A stretch of 24,956 nucleotides of DNA from a virus (lineage: Duplodnaviria; Caudoviricetes), in IMG/VR virus record IMGVR_UViG_3300031949_000144, positions 1-24,956 of that record; one strand, written 5' to 3'. Both the position numbers and the translations under genes were made by a program. Shown here piece by piece: positions 15,583 through 23,959 of the stretch. Every line of letters starts with the position of its first letter. Within the stretch, counting starts at the first letter, position 1. The notes under the pieces are model-generated. The model had not been told where the DNA came from. It saw nothing but the letters and a program-made list of their open reading frames with translations, and ran no database searches.

Positions 15583-15686
15583 GCCCAAAGCGCAGAGCGC
15601 ATGGCGCATGGCGTTCGGCTTCCGGCCCCGAGAGCTCTCCAGCCCGGATGGATCCGACGCTATGCGCTTGGCGCTATGCGCTTAGC
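15583..15686. repeat. Heptamer palindromic element, full copy 7 (long form)
   Basis: Loop ttcggcttccggccccgagagctctccagcccggatggatccga, homologous to the loop at 8666-8709. Confidence 0.9.
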
Positions 15687-15963
15687 CCACTACCACGATC
15701 GCTTCGGCGCCGGTCCCGCCGATGTCGGCGAAGATCCCGTTGGTGCAGGGGATCCCGCCGCCCTTCCGGCTGTCATCGTCCCCGGCGCCGATCACGGCGG
15801 CCAGCGTGGCGATCTGTGGATCGCTCGCGCTGGTACCGTGATAGAGCTTCAGCGTGGAATTCGCCGACCCGCCGGCCAGGTGCGCCCCCAGATAGATCGC
15901 GCCCGTGCCGGCGTCCACTACCTGGCCGTCGGCCGTCACCTTGTACGCCCGTCCGAGACTCAT
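15682..15963 (-). CDS. Small beta-sandwich virion (head decoration-type) protein (93 aa)
   Basis: GAGGGA RBS. TLKLYHGTSAS..GIPCTNGIFAD pattern. Flanked by elements. Confidence 0.6.
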   Translation of the reverse strand: MSLGRAYKVTADGQVVDAGTGAIYLGAHLAGGSANSTLKLYHGTSASDPQIATLAAVIGAGDDDSRKGGGIPCTNGIFADIGGTGAEAIVVVG

Positions 15964-15971
15964 TGTTCCCT

Positions 15972-16047
15972 CGCATGGCGCATAGCGCAGAGCGCATGGC
16001 GCCGGAATCAGACGCTATGCCCTATGCGCTCTGCGCTTTGCGCGCTA
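15972..16047. repeat. Heptamer palindromic element, full copy 8
   Basis: cgcatggcgcatagcgcagagcgcatggcg-ccggaatcaga-cgctatgccctatgcgctctgcgctttgcg. Confidence 0.9.
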
Positions 16048-16461
16048 GCGCGCCTCGTACTCGACCAGCACCCCGATGTTCGGGCTGGCCAGGCCGGTGC
16101 CCACGAGCTGCCGCTCGAGCGACAGGTACTGGTTGGCGGCCAGGACCAGGGCCGTCGCCGGCGCGTACAGGTCGCGCGCCTTCATCGCGACCTCATCCGT
16201 GCCGGAGCCGTAGTCCCGGTTGGCCCGTTCGGTGGCCACCGGCGTCGCGGCGTCCGTCCAGCTCTTGAGGTTGAGATTGAAGTTGTTGGTAGCCGCGCCG
16301 GTGACGGCCGCGCCCGGGATGATCGTCACCTTGCGGATGGCGCAGGCGAACGGCGCCCGGAACACCGGGTGATCCTGCGTGGCGTCGCCCGCAGCGTGCG
16401 CCTGGACGTCGGCCCAGGCATGCAGCGGCCCGGGGATGTCGGCAAATTTCGTCCCGCCCAT
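16045..16461 (-). CDS. Capsid decoration/cement-like protein (138 aa)
   Basis: AAGGAGGA RBS, immediately after the capsid gene, Ala/Thr-rich beta protein (FRAPFACAIRKV..VLVEY). Confidence 0.6.
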   Translation of the reverse strand: MGGTKFADIPGPLHAWADVQAHAAGDATQDHPVFRAPFACAIRKVTIIPGAAVTGAATNNFNLNLKSWTDAATPVATERANRDYGSGTDEVAMKARDLYAPATALVLAANQYLSLERQLVGTGLASPNIGVLVEYEAR

Positions 16462-16475
16462 GGGTTCCTCCTTTT

Positions 16476-16561
16476 GCGCGTAGCGCGAAGCGCAAAGCGC
16501 ATGGCGCCGGATCCGACGCTCTGCGCTCTGCGCTATGCGCTTGGCGCTCTGCGCTATGCGC
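16476..16561. repeat. Heptamer palindromic element, full copy 9
   Basis: gcgcgtagcgcgaagcgcaaagcgcatggcg-ccggatccga-cgctctgcgctctgcgctatgcgcttggcgctctgcgctatgcgc. The right arm is longer than the left. Confidence 0.9.
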
Positions 16562-16562
16562 C

Positions 16563-19082
16563 TTAGCCTTGTCCGCGATAGAAGCCCCGCCAGTCGAGCA
16601 CGGCCTTGCCGTGCACGTGGCGGATCTTGTAGGTGATCTTGTCCGCGGTGAAGGCGCTGCCCACCCGCGGATCATCCTGGACGAACAGCTCCGGCTCCTG
16701 CTGGCCGTTCAGGAACCCCACCTCGATCGTGGGCATCTTCTCCGGATCCGCGCTGGCGAACCAGTCGTTCGCGTCGGTGAAGTCGTCGATCACCACGACC
16801 TCGATGTTGTAGCGCTCGCGGATCAGGTTCGGCGTGGTCGCCGCCTCGCTGGCCGCCCCCACGTCCGTCGTGGAGAGGATCAGCTTGATGGCGATATCCT
16901 CCAGCTCGTTCGGCACCCAGAGGAACCGGGGCTTGTTGACGCTGCCCAGGACCTGGGTGGTGTTGCCGTAGGCGGTCTGATTCCGCATCACCTGGATCGC
17001 GGTCTTGAGCGTCCCGGCCGCCAGCGCCGCCGACGTCGCCGTGTTCGTGCCGTGATTGGTGGCCTCGAACAGGGTGTCCCCGTCGTAGATCGCCGGGTTG
17101 GTCCGCAGGAAGTCGATCATCTCGCTGTAGAGCGTGATGATCGCCGCCAGGCCCAGACGCTTGAAGATGTCCCGGATGGCGCCCAGGTCGTCGTTCAGGA
17201 TCATCTCCCAGGTCAGGTCCTCGGTCCCGCCCCGCTTGCTGGCCGCGAACGTCACCTCTTCATCCGTCGGCGAGGTGAGCGGGTTGTACGTGCCCTGCTC
17301 CGCGACCGTGGGCAGCAGGCCGTAGCCGCCGTAGCGGGCCCGGCGCACCGTCTGGAAGTTCGTCAGGTTGCCGAACGTGCTGACCAGCTTCCGCCACTTC
17401 TGGTAGTCCTCGGTCCCGTAGGCGGCGATCAGCCGCTTGTAGGCCGAGTCGTTGAAGATCTCCGCCCAGTCGGACGTCTTGAGCGACTCGTGCAGGTTCA
17501 TGGCCTCCGCCAGGCGGGGCATGTCCTGCCACTTGTCGCTGATCCGCGGGGCGTAGACCATCGCCTCGAACAGGATCCGCTCGGCGTCGAACGGGCGCCC
17601 CCGGCCGGCGATGACGTCCCAGGATTCGCGGAGCGAGCGGAAGCCCTTCAGGTGCTCGCTGGGCTTGGAGGAGAGCATCTGGTCCATGCCCGCCGACCAC
17701 TTGTCCCGCTGGTCCTTGGTGACTTCCGCCCGCCGGGTCTCGCCAGCGCCGGTGACCAGGCCGGATTCGGTCAGCTTGTCCAGCGTCTCCTTCTCCTCCG
17801 TGATGGCCGCGTCCAGGACCGTCGCCTCGAAGAGCTGGCCGGCGAACCGCTTGGAGATCTTGGCGCGCACCGGCTCAGGCAACTTGGCCGCGGTCAGCCG
17901 GCTCTCGAGCAGGCCCCCACACTGCACCTTCCGCGCCTCGTCCAACACCTTCCGCGCCTCCTCCAGCACCTTCTGGCTCTGATCCTGCTGAGTCCCCGTC
18001 GCTGTCCCTGTCGCTGTCGCAGTCGTTGCCGGCTGCTTCAATGCCTCCGTCAGCAGGCTCGTCAACTTCTCTTCCGTCTGGTCCGCCTCCGTCAGAGTGG
18101 CCACCAGGTCAGGGCGGACGGCCCGAATGGCGGCCAGCAACCGCTTGATCACGTCCATTCCAACCTCCTCATCACGCGCTTCGCGTGATTCGATGAGGCC
18201 GACGATGCCGCCACCGGCCGCCGGCTGGGTGACGAGGGCGACGCGGAAGATCCGCTGGATCGCCTCGACGATCATGGCGCGGCGGCCCTCCGCCGTGCCT
18301 TCGCGCTTTTGCCCCTGTCCCTCGATGGACAGGCCGAACAGGTCCCGCTTCCCCTGGCGCCAGGCCGACAAGAGGGCCTCGCGCAGCCACCCGGCCGTGA
18401 CGTGCATCCGGCCCCGCAGCGCCTCGCCGGCCATCTGCACCTGGTCCAGCCAGCCCACCACGTCCCGGGGCAGGGCCGCGTTGGGGTCGAGCTGGTGCTC
18501 TGCGTGGACCGTGGGCGATGGCGAGTGGGCATAGACCCGCGCCCCCTCGAGCATGGGCGCGGCCGCCGTCACCGTCTCGCGCGGATAATACCGGGGGAGC
18601 CCCCGGTCCTGGTTGCCGGACCATCCTGGCCGCAGGACGTCCACCTGCCAGAGCCGCCCCTCGGTATCCAGGGCCTCGACCAACCAGGTGGGGGCGGACT
18701 CGGTCAATGGCTGAAACGCGAGCTGCACCTTCATGGGCTCGCCGAACGTGATGCCGCCAGGAGCTTCCGTGTAGGGCACGCGCCAGAAGCCGGCCGCATT
18801 CCGGCAGACCAAGGAATCCGGATAGACGTCAATCTCGTCCGGGCAGCCGCCGCCCTGAGAAATCGCCGGGAACCCCCCGCGATCCCCCTGCTGCCTGAAG
18901 CTCATCCGGATCCGCTGGATCTGCCCGCTCAGGCTGCCGGGATCAATCGCCTCCTGCATGTGAGAGTAGCCCTGCACCTCGCGCTCGCGCGCCTCGGCCT
19001 CGTCCCGGGTGTCGTAACAGCCCAGCCGCTGCGATCCGTCCCGGCTATACAGGCAAAACTTCCCGCCCTCTTCCCGGATCAT
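16563..19082 (-). CDS. Fused prohead protease/scaffold and major capsid protein (Mu gpT-like C-terminal half), 839 aa
   Basis: Start re-called to ATG 19082 (GGAGGA RBS). Protease-like H..RDVVGW..FGLSIEG..VALVTQPAAGG region, helical scaffold, and capsid motifs LTWEMILNDDLGAI, PRFLWVPNELED and IEVGFLNGQQEPE. Confidence 0.88.
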   Translation of the reverse strand: MIREEGGKFCLYSRDGSQRLGCYDTRDEAEAREREVQGYSHMQEAIDPGSLSGQIQRIRMSFRQQGDRGGFPAISQGGGCPDEIDVYPDSLVCRNAAGFWRVPYTEAPGGITFGEPMKVQLAFQPLTESAPTWLVEALDTEGRLWQVDVLRPGWSGNQDRGLPRYYPRETVTAAAPMLEGARVYAHSPSPTVHAEHQLDPNAALPRDVVGWLDQVQMAGEALRGRMHVTAGWLREALLSAWRQGKRDLFGLSIEGQGQKREGTAEGRRAMIVEAIQRIFRVALVTQPAAGGGIVGLIESREARDEEVGMDVIKRLLAAIRAVRPDLVATLTEADQTEEKLTSLLTEALKQPATTATATGTATGTQQDQSQKVLEEARKVLDEARKVQCGGLLESRLTAAKLPEPVRAKISKRFAGQLFEATVLDAAITEEKETLDKLTESGLVTGAGETRRAEVTKDQRDKWSAGMDQMLSSKPSEHLKGFRSLRESWDVIAGRGRPFDAERILFEAMVYAPRISDKWQDMPRLAEAMNLHESLKTSDWAEIFNDSAYKRLIAAYGTEDYQKWRKLVSTFGNLTNFQTVRRARYGGYGLLPTVAEQGTYNPLTSPTDEEVTFAASKRGGTEDLTWEMILNDDLGAIRDIFKRLGLAAIITLYSEMIDFLRTNPAIYDGDTLFEATNHGTNTATSAALAAGTLKTAIQVMRNQTAYGNTTQVLGSVNKPRFLWVPNELEDIAIKLILSTTDVGAASEAATTPNLIRERYNIEVVVIDDFTDANDWFASADPEKMPTIEVGFLNGQQEPELFVQDDPRVGSAFTADKITYKIRHVHGKAVLDWRGFYRGQG

Positions 19083-19093
19083 CTGCGTTCCTC

Positions 19094-19165
19094 CGCATAG
19101 CGCAAAGCGCATGGCGCATGGCGTCCGGATCCGACGCTACGCGCTGTGCGCTATGCGCTTAGCGC
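19094..19165. repeat. Heptamer palindromic element, full copy 10
   Basis: cgcatagcgcaaagcgcatggcgcatggcg-tccggatccga-cgctacgcgctgtgcgctatgcgcttagcgc. Confidence 0.9.
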
Positions 19166-19410
19166 TTCGGCCGCTGCCAGCTCTTCTCCCGGCTCACCAC
19201 ACCGCCGGTCGCCCGCTTGATCAGCAGGTAGAAGACGATGCGGTCCCCGTGATCCACCCAGGGCCGCTGCCCCGGCCGCCGGTCCAGCATCTCGTCAGTG
19301 ATCTCCAGCTCGCGCATCGCCCGTTCGAGATCAGTCTCTGGAGTTGTTGGGTCATTGAGTTGTTGAGTCTCCGGGGTCTCTGGAGCACCCCACCTCTTCC
19401 GTTTCGCCAT
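19159..19410 (-). CDS. Hypothetical protein (83 aa, MAKRKRW...)
   Basis: Fills the gap between the head morphogenesis and capsid genes. Likely ATG 19410. Stop lies in element copy 10. Confidence 0.6.
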   Translation of the reverse strand: MAKRKRWGAPETPETQQLNDPTTPETDLERAMRELEITDEMLDRRPGQRPWVDHGDRIVFYLLIKRATGGVVSREKSWQRPKR

Positions 19411-19466
19411 GACGCCGCCCCCTTTCATCCAATCGACTCAATAACTCAATAACTCTATAGACTCAA
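19341..19466. repeat. Octamer (RACTCAAY) inverted repeat arrays
   Basis: gagttgttgggtcattgagttgttgagtc (19341-19369) is complementary to gactcaataactcaataactc (19435-19455). Confidence 0.75.
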
Positions 19467-20368
19467 AAGACGACACCCGCCTGTGGCCGCCTCGCCCCCA
19501 GCATCCGCAGCTCCGGCGCCCCCAGCCCCCACGCCGCCCGATGGGGCACGCTCTGGCACAGACAGTTCACACTGTTCGCCGCCGAGAGACTCGGGTGCCG
19601 CGGGAACGGCGCCGACTCCGTCAGGACCCCCTGCCTGCCCGCGTTGATCGCCGGCAGGTCGAAATCCTCGCTCACGCGCCGGACCTGGCCGTGGATCGCG
19701 AGGTGCGTGGGCCGGCTGAGGGGCCCGACCGCTCCGTGCGCCCACATCTTTTCCAGGTCGGGCACGCTCTGCACCGCCTGCTCCTGCCGGCCCTGGGACG
19801 CGATGGCCGCCAGGCGCCCGATCTCCGTCCGCGCGATCGCATCCGACCGGGCGGCCAGGCTGACGAATGGCCCCGGGTCCTCCAGATTGGCCCCGATCGC
19901 ATCCACGACCTCGGCATAGGACCGAACGCCCGTCGCGCCCAACGTCACCTCGCGCCGGATGGCCCGCGCCGCGTCCCCACCGATATCGCGGATCAGGCTG
20001 GCCGTCACCCCCTCGGACGCCTCCAGCACCGTGCGCGACACCGCGCCCGGGGCGAACTGGATCAGTCGCGTGCCGAGGACCCGATCCACCAGCTCCTCCC
20101 CCAGGTCGGCTCCCTCGCGCAGCAACGGCCGCATCCGACGCAATGCCTCCTGCCCGTATTCGCGCTCCAGCGCATCCAGACCGCTCAGGATCTGGCGCAG
20201 CCGGTCCGCCCGGAATCCGCCGACGTCGGCCAAGAGGCGCCGCGCCTCGCGCTGCAGATCGGCCACGGCGCCACGCATCGCGCCTTCCGCGTCCGCCTCG
20301 CGCGCCGCGATCCGCCCCAGCGTCTCGCGGATCTCCCGGACCGCCCGCTTCCCCTCCTCCGTCGCCAC
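19463..20368 (-). CDS. Head morphogenesis / minor head protein (Mu gpF / SPP1 gp7-like)
   Basis: RSDAIARTE, KMW..RPTHLAIHGQ and FPRHPSLSAANSVNCLC (NCRC-like) motifs. Follows the portal gene. Confidence 0.85.
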   Translation of the reverse strand: MATEEGKRAVREIRETLGRIAAREADAEGAMRGAVADLQREARRLLADVGGFRADRLRQILSGLDALEREYGQEALRRMRPLLREGADLGEELVDRVLGTRLIQFAPGAVSRTVLEASEGVTASLIRDIGGDAARAIRREVTLGATGVRSYAEVVDAIGANLEDPGPFVSLAARSDAIARTEIGRLAAIASQGRQEQAVQSVPDLEKMWAHGAVGPLSRPTHLAIHGQVRRVSEDFDLPAINAGRQGVLTESAPFPRHPSLSAANSVNCLCQSVPHRAAWGLGAPELRMLGARRPQAGVVF

Positions 20369-20384
20369 TTCGTGGCTTCCCTTC

Positions 20385-20462
20385 GAGCTGGCAGCTGGCA
20401 GGTAGCAGCTGGCAGCAATCTAAGATTCCGCGCCCTCTGCCTGCTGCCCGCTGCCCGCTGCT
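20385..20462. repeat. Second heptamer palindrome family (GCAGCTG / GCTGCCC) spanning the portal stop
   Basis: gagctggcagctggcaggtagcagctggcagc ... ctgcctgctgcccgctgcccgctgc. Related arms at 22453-22480 and 13768-13798. Confidence 0.8.
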
Positions 20463-21940
20463 CGTCGCATGGCGTCGCCAATGCGACGGACCTTCTCCGG
20501 GTCTTCGTAGTCCTTCGTCACCCGCTGGTCCTGCGCGGCCCGGTCCAGCTCCGCCTCGGCCTCGATCTCGACCCCCAGCATGCTGCCCAGGGCCGAGAGC
20601 AGTCGCGTCCCCGTTTCCTTCGACAGCAGCCCCTGGCTGACCGCCAGCGTCAGGGCCGTGGCGAGCTGGCTCAGCGCGGTCGTGATGCTGCCCATGTCGC
20701 GCACCGACAGCTCCGGCGCGACGATCCGGAAGCATTCATCGGCCGCCTTGCGCGTATCGGTCTCCTGGCCTTGGGCATCCAGGACCGGCAGCTCCGGCGC
20801 CAGGACGCCCGCATCCACCGCCCGCCGGACCACGAAGCGGATGACTTTGCGCAGGACGGCCACGACATTTTTCTGCCGGGATGTCAGCCGCTTGATCGTC
20901 GGGATCCCCATCTCTTTGGCCGTGGCCACGTTGACGTCCTCGGCCGTGGACAGCCAGTGCACGGGGAAGCCGCGCCGCATGGCGATGTGGGCCAGGAACG
21001 TCCGGGCGTGCTTGGCGATCTCATAGGACTTCAGGTCCGGCGTCACCGCGTTCCAGTGGACGCGCTCGTTGTGGTATCGGGCGCTGCCGCGCCGGGGCGG
21101 CCGCTGCTTCTTGGCGTACTCGCGGATCTGCTCTTCCGTCATGCCGTCGAGGGTCACGTCCCAGATGAAGCTCGTGAGAAAATCCGTGTTCTCCATCGCG
21201 CCGAACATCATACCTTCGTAGGCGTCCAGCCAGTCGATCAGCGAGAGCAGGTCCGACCGCCCCCGGGTGGCGTTGCTGACCCGATTGATCTGGAACAGGA
21301 ACGCCTGACCATCGCCGAACTGGTTGCGCAGCGCCCGGGCCGGCCGGCTCAGAATATCCGCCTCTCCCGCGTCCAGGATCGTCCGGTATTGCTTGCCGGC
21401 GCGGCCACCCATGCTCTTCAGGCGGATGCCGATCAGCATCTCCACGTTCTCGGGATCGGGGACCACCTCGCTGATCATGGCGGGATCGATGTAGCCAAGG
21501 CGCACCCGCCCCATGTTGTCCGAGACGAATGCCGGCCAGCACTGCTCGCCGTACAGGCCCAGCTCCAGGACCTTATTCTCCAGGCGCAACTCCCATTCGT
21601 TCGCCGGATCGTCCCAGTGCCGCTTGATCACGGCGTCCACGTCGGGGTGCGTCCCCTCGATCCGGATCCCCTCGCCCACCACGAAATCCCGGGTCAGATC
21701 CATCAGGCTCCCCGCCAGGGGGTTGATCTCGTACAAGAAATGGGCGATCTGGATCATCCGGTCCTGGGCCAGGGGGTTCAGATCCCGGGTCGGCTGGAGC
21801 GACAGGCGCCGGTACTTGTCCTCGTCCGGGTCAATGCCCGCCAGGCTGGGGAACTGGGACAGGGCCTCCTGGATCCGGCCGTCCACATCCGCCCGCGTCA
21901 TCCCGCCGAGCTTCCGGATCACCGATTCCTTCCAGCTCAT
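20420..21940 (-). CDS. Portal protein (506 aa)
   Basis: NPLAGSLMDLTRDFVVGEGI, ELGLYGE, RGRSDLL, GFPVHWL and NVATAKEM motifs. Lies between terminase and head morphogenesis genes. Confidence 0.88.
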   Translation of the reverse strand: MSWKESVIRKLGGMTRADVDGRIQEALSQFPSLAGIDPDEDKYRRLSLQPTRDLNPLAQDRMIQIAHFLYEINPLAGSLMDLTRDFVVGEGIRIEGTHPDVDAVIKRHWDDPANEWELRLENKVLELGLYGEQCWPAFVSDNMGRVRLGYIDPAMISEVVPDPENVEMLIGIRLKSMGGRAGKQYRTILDAGEADILSRPARALRNQFGDGQAFLFQINRVSNATRGRSDLLSLIDWLDAYEGMMFGAMENTDFLTSFIWDVTLDGMTEEQIREYAKKQRPPRRGSARYHNERVHWNAVTPDLKSYEIAKHARTFLAHIAMRRGFPVHWLSTAEDVNVATAKEMGIPTIKRLTSRQKNVVAVLRKVIRFVVRRAVDAGVLAPELPVLDAQGQETDTRKAADECFRIVAPELSVRDMGSITTALSQLATALTLAVSQGLLSKETGTRLLSALGSMLGVEIEAEAELDRAAQDQRVTKDYEDPEKVRRIGDAMRRAAGSGQQAEGAES

Positions 21941-21986
21941 CAGGGCCCCTTTAACCTCAGATTACGCAGAGTTCGCAGATTCACGA

Positions 21987-22304
21987 TCAGGCCCAGCCGG
22001 CCAGGTGGTGTTCCAGGCCCACCTGGTGGGCGCGCCCGCCATTGGCCGCCTTGGCCGCCAGGAAATTCTCCAGTCCGGGCCAGTCGGACGGCTTGGCGCA
22101 GAGCGCATGGCATAAAGGGGCTGGCTGCCGGCGCCGGCGCCGCCTGAGCGTCCGGGCACCCAGCTTCTTGGCCGCGGCCCAGAACTTGGCCTTGCAGCCG
22201 TCCAGGCAGAACTCCCGGGGCGTTCCGGGGTTCGCATCGGCATTCAGGACGGCCCCACAATACCCACACAGACGCGCCAGGCTGCCTTGTACTAAGCGTG
22301 CCAC
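21987..22304 (-). CDS. Small zinc-finger protein (CxxC..FCxxxC), about 105 aa
   Basis: GTG 22304 with GGGAGGG RBS right after the TerL stop. CGYCG..PREFCLDGCKAKFW plus a basic tail. Partial heptamer element in frame at 22095-22113. Confidence 0.55.
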   Translation of the reverse strand: MARLVQGSLARLCGYCGAVLNADANPGTPREFCLDGCKAKFWAAAKKLGARTLRRRRRRQPAPLCHALCAKPSDWPGLENFLAAKAANGGRAHQVGLEHHLAGWA

Positions 22305-22306
22305 GC

Positions 22307-23941
22307 TTAGCCCTCCCCTCTCTGCCCACCCATCCACCCGGGCCGCCTGACCCCCTGCCGGCCCAGCAGCCTTGAGCCGCTCCCCTGTGGGAGTGTGGTC
22401 CCTCTCCCACGGGGCAGCCCGACCCCAACCTCCTCCGGCTCGTCCTCCCATTCGCTGCCCGCTGCCTGCTGCCAGCTGCTTTCGAGCTCCTCGGACCCCA
22501 CATCCGCCGCCTCGACCAGGAGCATCAGGCCGGCGCACAGCATGGCCATGGCGTCCGGGCCGTCGTCGTTGACGGTGGAGGCCGGGAACGCCAGGAGCTG
22601 CTCGATCAAGAGGTCGGTCATGGGGTCGTCCTTGAGGAACCGCAGGACCCCCTGCTCGACCAGTGGCGAGATGGCGGCCACCCGGCTTTCCTTGGCCTCG
22701 GTCTGCTTGATGGCCCGGATGGGCAGGTGCATGCCGCGCCTTTCCCCCTCGGACCGGAAGTAGAGCTGGAGACCCAGGAAACCGGTCTCCTCCAGGAAGA
22801 TCTCCTGCGCCGGCTCCTCGAGCTGGCGGGCATAGGCGGTCCGGACGATGGTGTCCAGGCTGACCCGGCGGATGTCCGGCCGGCGCAGGTACAGGTACCC
22901 GTCGGCGGAGCGTCCGCCCTTGACGAAGGCCCGGAAATCCGAGGTCTCGCTGCGGCCCAGGCTGGGATCGATCGCCTCTTTCACCAGGTGCCGCTGGCCG
23001 GCGATGTCCCCGAAGCGGTAGTAGACGATCCAGCCCTCGCGGAACAGCGCCCCTTCCTCGTCCCCGGGCGCGAGTAGGATCTCCTTGGCGTAGGCGGGGG
23101 AGCCCATCCGCTTCTTCAGCTTCGATAGATCCGGGAACCGCGCCGGCCAGGCCGACGTCCCGTCCGGGTTCTCGCCCGGGAAGCTGGCGTGGATCCAGGC
23201 CACATCCTGGAGGACCTGGGCCAGGCCGCTCTTCTTCGACAGCTTAGTCCCGATCCACATCAGGGAGCCGCGGGCCGGCTCCAGCGCGGGCATCACCGCC
23301 TCGCGCACCCACTGGAGCAGGCGCCGGACCTGCTCCGGATTCCGGACGCTCTGGTCGGTCTCGACATCATCCAGGATGACCAGGTCCGGCCGGTGCGGGC
23401 CGTGCTTGATCCCGCGAATTGCCTGGCCCTTGCCGCGGGCCAGGACCTTGATCCCCGTGCGCGTGACGATCTCGTCATCCGACCAGGGCTGCCCCCGCAG
23501 ATCGCCGAAGTCGCTGCGGATCCGGGCGTTCTCCTCCAGCTCCAGCCGGATGGCCATCACCAGGGGCCGGGCCAGGTCCAGCGTCTCCTGGACCAGGATG
23601 ATGAAGCGCCGCAGCTCGAAGCAGATCGCGTGCAGCGGATTGGCGAAGCTGACCCGCGTGGATTTGGAGAACCCGCGGGCCGCCTCGACCGCCACGGGAT
23701 CGTCGGTCGCGTCGAGGAGCCGGTCCATCTCCGCGTGCATCGGCGCCGGCGCGGACGTGAAGTAGTGGGGCAGGTACGTGTCGAAGAAGAACTGGCGGTC
23801 GTCGCGCGCCCGGCGGACCCGCGCCTCTTTCTTCGCCCGGCTGTCGCCCTCGAAGGCGGAGACGTGCCGGCGGATCAGCGCGCGGAGCTCCTCCGCCTTG
23901 AGGTCGAACTGCTTCTCGGTGACTGTTGGCCCGCGTCTCAT
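22307..23941 (-). CDS. terL: Terminase large subunit (Mu gp28-like position)
   Basis: Walker A ARGFSKST, IRGIKHGPHRPD, Walker B LVILDDVE, nuclease motifs AIDPS, KESRV and DDGPDA. Confidence 0.93.
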   Translation of the reverse strand: MRRGPTVTEKQFDLKAEELRALIRRHVSAFEGDSRAKKEARVRRARDDRQFFFDTYLPHYFTSAPAPMHAEMDRLLDATDDPVAVEAARGFSKSTRVSFANPLHAICFELRRFIILVQETLDLARPLVMAIRLELEENARIRSDFGDLRGQPWSDDEIVTRTGIKVLARGKGQAIRGIKHGPHRPDLVILDDVETDQSVRNPEQVRRLLQWVREAVMPALEPARGSLMWIGTKLSKKSGLAQVLQDVAWIHASFPGENPDGTSAWPARFPDLSKLKKRMGSPAYAKEILLAPGDEEGALFREGWIVYYRFGDIAGQRHLVKEAIDPSLGRSETSDFRAFVKGGRSADGYLYLRRPDIRRVSLDTIVRTAYARQLEEPAQEIFLEETGFLGLQLYFRSEGERRGMHLPIRAIKQTEAKESRVAAISPLVEQGVLRFLKDDPMTDLLIEQLLAFPASTVNDDGPDAMAMLCAGLMLLVEAADVGSEELESSWQQAAGSEWEDEPEEVGVGLPRGRGTTLPQGSGSRLLGRQGVRRPGWMGGQRGEG

Positions 23942-23959
23942 CGGTCGCTTGGCTCTGCG

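Noticed and set aside
11318-15685. 1455-aa plus-strand ORF
   Set aside because: Codon-aligned antisense shadow of several same-frame minus-strand genes in GC-rich DNA. It runs through repeat elements and has no recognisable motifs.
7458-19112. ORF-track starts reading MRFA/MRLALC/MRSALC (for example 7484, 11454, 19112)
   Set aside because: These ATGs come from ATGCGC/TTGCGC heptamers inside the elements. Downstream ATGs with clear SD sequences were used instead.
19541-22147. 868-aa plus-strand ORF and other long plus-strand ORFs (4505-5965, 16569-18188)
   Set aside because: Antisense shadows of the portal/head morphogenesis, tape measure and capsid genes.
22382-22414. Hairpin cccctgtgggag..ctcccacgggg in the TerL 3' end
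   Set aside because: Single copy in the window and short GC-rich stems are common, so a function cannot be supported.
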